Part shown: piece after piece, positions 60,346 to 64,000 of the stretch
Layout of the letters: every line of letters starts with the position of its first letter
How positions within the stretch are numbered: position 1 is the first letter of the stretch
Assembly (NCBI GenBank): GCA_021783095.1
Contig: JAJXUG010000014.1
Span: 1,895 to 65,894 of the forward strand
DNA: 64,000 nucleotides
Source of the DNA: Chloroflexota bacterium
GTDB taxonomy: Bacteria > Chloroflexota > Limnocylindria > Limnocylindrales > CSP1-4
Direction of reading: 5' to 3'
Program-made: the position numbers and the translations under genes
Notes under the pieces: model-generated
Seen by the model: the letters and a program-made list of their open reading frames with translations, nothing else
Database searches by the model: none
Told to the model about the DNA's origin: nothing

Positions 60346-60906
60346 CTACGAGGCGGCCGGCGCGTCCGAGGCGTCGGCGGGGCTCGGCGAGCCGACGGGC
60401 GTCGAAGGCGACGTGCCCGGGCCCGCCGACGGGGCGCCCGCCGGTGAGCCCGAGGCCGCGGGCGCGTCTTCGAGCCGGTAGACGACGAGGTGGGGCCCGG
60501 ACTGGCGGAAGTAGACCAGGACCGGCTGCCCGCCCGCCACGTGCTCGGAGAGGTGGGCCGCGGGGAACTCGGCGGCGTTCTCCTGGGCCCCCATCTTGAA
60601 GTCGACCTGCGCCCCGTCGGGCGTCAGGAGCCGGAAGCCGGTGACCTTGCCCAGCCCGGCGAGGTCGACGTGGAGCACCAGGCCCTGCACCGGCGAGGTG
60701 AGCGCCTGGGAGGGTTCGGCCGAGCCGCCCGCGTCAGATGTCTCGGGGCTCCCCTCCTCCGCCGGGACCAGCGATGAGGTCGCGTCGGGACCAGGCGTGG
60801 TCCCGGGATTGCCCGACGAAGAGGTGCATGCCGCGACGGCGAGGCCCAGGGCGAGGGATGCGGCGACCAGGAGCCGGCAACCCCCGCCACGGAGGTCGCG
60901 GCTCAT
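60346..60906 (-). CDS. hypothetical lipoprotein
   Basis: Lipobox AVAAC; Ser/Pro-rich ends flanking a small beta domain; ATG overlaps pyrE stop. Confidence 0.72.
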   Translation of the reverse strand: MSRDLRGGGCRLLVAASLALGLAVAACTSSSGNPGTTPGPDATSSLVPAEEGSPETSDAGGSAEPSQALTSPVQGLVLHVDLAGLGKVTGFRLLTPDGAQVDFKMGAQENAAEFPAAHLSEHVAGGQPVLVYFRQSGPHLVVYRLEDAPAASGSPAGAPSAGPGTSPSTPVGSPSPADASDAPAAS

Positions 60907-61589
60907 TTCGGCCCCATGCCCGTCCCGCTCGACCCGGGCTTGAATGCGGGCTCGCCGGCCGCGCAGCGCGGGCAGGTGGCGGCGCCGGGCTCGTAGGTCG
61001 GCAGCTCGAGCGTCCAGAGCGAGCGCAGCGGGTAGACCCTCCCCGTGGTGGGCGACGTCAGCGTGGCCGTGCCGCCCGAGCGGTCGACGATCACCGCGCA
61101 CTCGATGATCTCGCCGCCCAGGGCCTCGACCGCGGGGATCATCGCGAGCAGCGAGCCGCCGGTGGTGAGGATGTCGTCCACGAGCAGCACCTTCTCGCCG
61201 GGACTGATCGTGAAGCCGCGGCGGAACTCGCGGCGCGGCGGCTGGCCCGGCTCGGCGGCCACCTCCTCGGCGAAGATCGCCCGGGTGCCCAGCTGGCGGC
61301 CGGTCTCGAAGGCGAGCATGACGCCACCGGTCGTCGGGCCGGCGACGAGGTCCACCATCGGCGCGCCGTCGCGGTCGCGGACGCCCTGCGCCCAGAAGCC
61401 GCACAGCTCGCTGGTGGCGGCCGGGTCCTGGAGCACCTGGAACTTCTCGAGGTAGGCGTCCGAGTGGCGGCCGCTCTTGAGCGTGAAGTGGCCCTCGCGG
61501 AGGGCGCCGCTGGCCCGGAACAGGGTCTCCGTGCGGCCGGCGATCGCGCGCCGGGTCGCCTCGTCGAGGGTGCGTCGCAGGGTGGTCAT
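60903..61589 (-). CDS. pyrE: orotate phosphoribosyltransferase
   Basis: GHFTLKSGRHS, GPTTGG, FRRGF, LLVDDILTTGGS, IVDRS. Confidence 0.92.
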   Translation of the reverse strand: MTTLRRTLDEATRRAIAGRTETLFRASGALREGHFTLKSGRHSDAYLEKFQVLQDPAATSELCGFWAQGVRDRDGAPMVDLVAGPTTGGVMLAFETGRQLGTRAIFAEEVAAEPGQPPRREFRRGFTISPGEKVLLVDDILTTGGSLLAMIPAVEALGGEIIECAVIVDRSGGTATLTSPTTGRVYPLRSLWTLELPTYEPGAATCPRCAAGEPAFKPGSSGTGMGPK

Positions 61590-61601
61590 CGTCGGGCGAT
61601 T

Positions 61602-61912
61602 CTAGCCGGGTCCGCTGAAGGCCCCGCCGGCAGTGTCCCCGGGTTCGTCGCGAGGGTCGCCCCCGCGCAGCCCGCGCCGGCACCGGTTGACGAGGATGTG
61701 GGTGAGCCACGCGTCGAAGGCGCCGGGATCGCGCAAGGAGGCCAGCTCGCGCCAGGCCGTGACGAGCGCGTCCTGCACGCGTCGCGCGCATCGGCCTCGT
61801 TGCCCAGGATCGCCATCGCCGTGCGCACCATCGGTCCGACCCGCGCCTCCAGGAGCGCCTCGAAGGCGGCGGCGTCCCCGGACCTGGCCCGCGCCACGCG
61901 ATCCGGCTCCAT
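61602..61912 (-). pseudogene. ECF sigma factor relic (frameshifted, region 4 lost)
   Basis: ARSGDAAAFEALL..ADARDA in one frame continues as VQDALVTAWRELASLRDPGAFDAWLTHILVNRCR in another; 1-nt loss near 61779. Confidence 0.8.
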
Positions 61913-62024
61913 CGACGCTCGCCCACCCCTCGCTCACTTCACAGGAATCAGGCGGACGCGCCCGGGTTCACGCGAAGTGCATCGATTATCGGATCAGCCC
62001 GCACGGGCCACCGCGCCCGGGCTC

Positions 62025-62288
62025 CTACCGGCTCACCGCGAAGCCCAGCACCGCCGCCCACGCCACCGACGCGAGTGACTGCACCACCCAGAACGATCCG
62101 TGGCGGGTCTTGTGCCGCAGGCCGAGGAACACGAGCCACGCCCCCAGCACGCCGCCCGCGAGACAGCACATCCACAGCGTGCGCTCGCGGACACGGCGCC
62201 AGCGCCGCGGGGCCGCGAGCTTGTCGTACGCGTACAGGGCCGCGGTGACGGTGTTCGCAGCGGCGAGCCACGCGAGAAGCAAGCTCAT
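62025..62288 (-). CDS. DUF1294 family membrane protein
   Basis: YAYDKLAA..RRVRERTL..GGVLGA..RHKTRH. Confidence 0.85.
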   Translation of the reverse strand: MSLLLAWLAAANTVTAALYAYDKLAAPRRWRRVRERTLWMCCLAGGVLGAWLVFLGLRHKTRHGSFWVVQSLASVAWAAVLGFAVSR

Positions 62289-63493
62289 CGCGCCCACTCC
62301 GCCCCGCGCGTGGACGGGGGACCCGGGCGCGCGGGCAGGGCGGTCCCGACGAGGTCGCGGACGGCTCTCGCGCCGAGCGCCCGGCAGGCGTCGGCCAGCT
62401 CGTCGGCGAGGCGCACGGGGAGCATCGGGTCGGCCAGCGCCGCCACGCCCACGCCCACGGCGCTCGCCCCGACCGCGAGGAAGTCGAGCACGTCGTCCAC
62501 GCACGCCACGCCCCCCACGCCGATGACCGGCACGTCCACCGCCTGCGCCACCTCCCACACCACGCGCAGCGCGATCGGCCGGATCGCGGGACCGCACAGC
62601 CCCCCGTAGACGGAGCCGAGGGCCGGGCCGGAGCGGTCGGCCGAGGGCACCAGGCCCGGCAGCGTGTTGATGGCCGAGATGGCGTCGGCGCCCGCGTGCT
62701 CGACGGACCTCGCGATCGCGCGGACATCGGGCGCCTGTGCCGTCAGCTTGGCGATGATCGGCAGGTCCGTCCCGCGCCTGGCGGCGGCCACGTACGACGC
62801 CGCCGCGTCCGCGTCGAGCCCCGGGATGACGCCGCCCCGACCGCCACCGCCGCACGAGAGGTTGATCTCGAGGCCCGCGATCCCGGCCTCCCCCTCGAGC
62901 CGCCGAACCGCCTCGCCCAGCTCGCCCGCCGAGTCTGCGCACAGCGACAGGATCACCGGCACGTCCCAGCGCGCCCAGACGCCGGCGCACCGGTCGAGCA
63001 CCGCCTCCAGCCCCGGGTTCTGCGGCCCCATCCCGAGCAGGAGGCCGGCTGCGACCTCGGCCATGCGCGGCGCCGGCTGGCCGCTCCGGGGCTTGAGCGA
63101 CGTGCTCCGCGTCACGAGCCCGCCGAGGCGCGACAGGTCGGCGAGATCCACGACCTCGACGCCATACCCGAACGGCCCCGAGGCCACGGTGACCGGGTTC
63201 GGCAGGACGAGCCCCCGACCGAGGTCCACCGCGAGGTCCACTGGCCGGCCACCCAGCGCGTCAAGGGCGGGCGCGCCCCCCTGGGCCGCGGTCGACGAGG
63301 CGGCGGCGGCCGATGACGAGGCCGAGGCGGCTGGTGACGACGGCGGGGGCGACGCAGGCCCGGGGCGCCCGCCGGGCGGCGAGAGGAGTCCGGGCCAGCT
63401 CGGCCGCGGGACCGGGGTGATCGCGGGCCGGATCCGCCGCACGGTGGGCGTCCGCTTCGAGTTCGCGGCCACGCCCTTGCGCCTCGCCTTCAC
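62285..63493 (-). CDS. pyrD: dihydroorotate dehydrogenase family 1B-like protein, divergent, with low-complexity N-terminal extension
   Basis: NPVTVASGPFGYG, QNPG, EINLSC, AKLT, AINT, GGLCGPAIRP, IGVGG; GTG 63493 overlaps upstream stop (start uncertain). Confidence 0.78.
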   Translation of the reverse strand: MKARRKGVAANSKRTPTVRRIRPAITPVPRPSWPGLLSPPGGRPGPASPPPSSPAASASSSAAAASSTAAQGGAPALDALGGRPVDLAVDLGRGLVLPNPVTVASGPFGYGVEVVDLADLSRLGGLVTRSTSLKPRSGQPAPRMAEVAAGLLLGMGPQNPGLEAVLDRCAGVWARWDVPVILSLCADSAGELGEAVRRLEGEAGIAGLEINLSCGGGGRGGVIPGLDADAAASYVAAARRGTDLPIIAKLTAQAPDVRAIARSVEHAGADAISAINTLPGLVPSADRSGPALGSVYGGLCGPAIRPIALRVVWEVAQAVDVPVIGVGGVACVDDVLDFLAVGASAVGVGVAALADPMLPVRLADELADACRALGARAVRDLVGTALPARPGPPSTRGAEWAR

Positions 63494-64000
63494 GCGGTTG
63501 GCCCCGCCGCCACGATGACGGCGCTCGTCTCGCGCCGGAGCTGCCGCCACCACGCGAGCGAGGTCAGGAGCACCCAAACCATGATCCCGACGAGCGTCGC
63601 CCACTCCAGGATCGGCGCGATCCAGACGTCCGGCCGCCCGAGGATCGGCCCGCTCGACGCCATGCGCTGCCGCGAGAACTCGTCGGTCTGGAGCGACACG
63701 AGGAACGCGATGAAGGCCGCGACCGACGCCCCGCCCACGCCCGCCAGCCAGACCGGGAAGCGCGCCTCGCGGTTCCGGACGAACGAGATCGACGCGAGCG
63801 CGACGAAGATCCAGCCCAGGTTGAAGAACGTGAACGCCGCGAGGACGTGCTGCTCGGGGTGGTCCATCGAGTACACGCCGACGAGGAGGCCGCCCACCCC
63901 GGCCAGCGAGCCCACAGGCCCGAACGCCCAGCGCAGGCGCGACGGGCTCGTCAGCCACAGCCCCACCACGAAGGCGATGAACGAGGCGCCGCCGATGACG
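63490..64000 (-). CDS. DUF998-like membrane protein (5' truncated by window)
   Basis: LVGVYSMD..HVLAAFTFF, C-terminal ILEW TM motif. Confidence 0.6.
   Translation of the reverse strand, partial: VIGGASFIAFVVGLWLTSPSRLRWAFGPVGSLAGVGGLLVGVYSMDHPEQHVLAAFTFFNLGWIFVALASISFVRNREARFPVWLAGVGGASVAAFIAFLVSLQTDEFSRQRMASSGPILGRPDVWIAPILEWATLVGIMVWVLLTSLAWWRQLRRETSAVIVAAGPTA

Overview
A 64-kb, very GC-rich, gene-dense bacterial chromosomal segment with about 70 CDS. I found no rRNA, tRNA, CRISPR array or intact mobile element. Gene content and style (Ser/Pro/Ala-rich lipoproteins, F420-type LLM enzymes, sodN/sodX, CtaA-CtaB fusion) suggest a Terrabacterium, possibly Chloroflexota; this is inference only. 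Contents in order: (1) a K+-sensing locus with a KimA/YdaO-like APC transporter, a lone receiver domain, a free-standing degenerate KdpD-N/USP protein and convergent kdpD(C-half)-kdpE; (2) a putative reductive pyrimidine catabolism cluster (C-N hydrolase, F420-type LLM oxidoreductase, dihydropyrimidinase, divergent class-III aminotransferase and PLP decarboxylase) with no PreT/PreA; (3) Fe-ADH, a degenerate second Lgt, an S8 protease, mdh and pckA with a structured leader; (4) PadR plus membrane partner, plsC, lgt, Lrp-SigK/RskA-like genes; (5) assorted metabolic genes, sodN-sodX, MarR-MFS-Rieske and LOG; (6) a lipoprotein serpin, a Cys-less ArsC-family protein, an archaeal-type ACT/DUF5612 protein, xth and a secreted DMFase-beta-like protein; (7) argF/arcB with a doubly deleted arcC relic, comB, a truncated GGDEF, a beta-CASP nuclease, ctaA-ctaB fusion, pyrE, a frameshifted ECF sigma relic and a divergent pyrD. 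Several intergenic regions hold short-hairpin arrays with dimeric periodicity (REP/BIME-like), and many genes appear to be leaderless. All family calls come from motif recognition by eye, not database searches.
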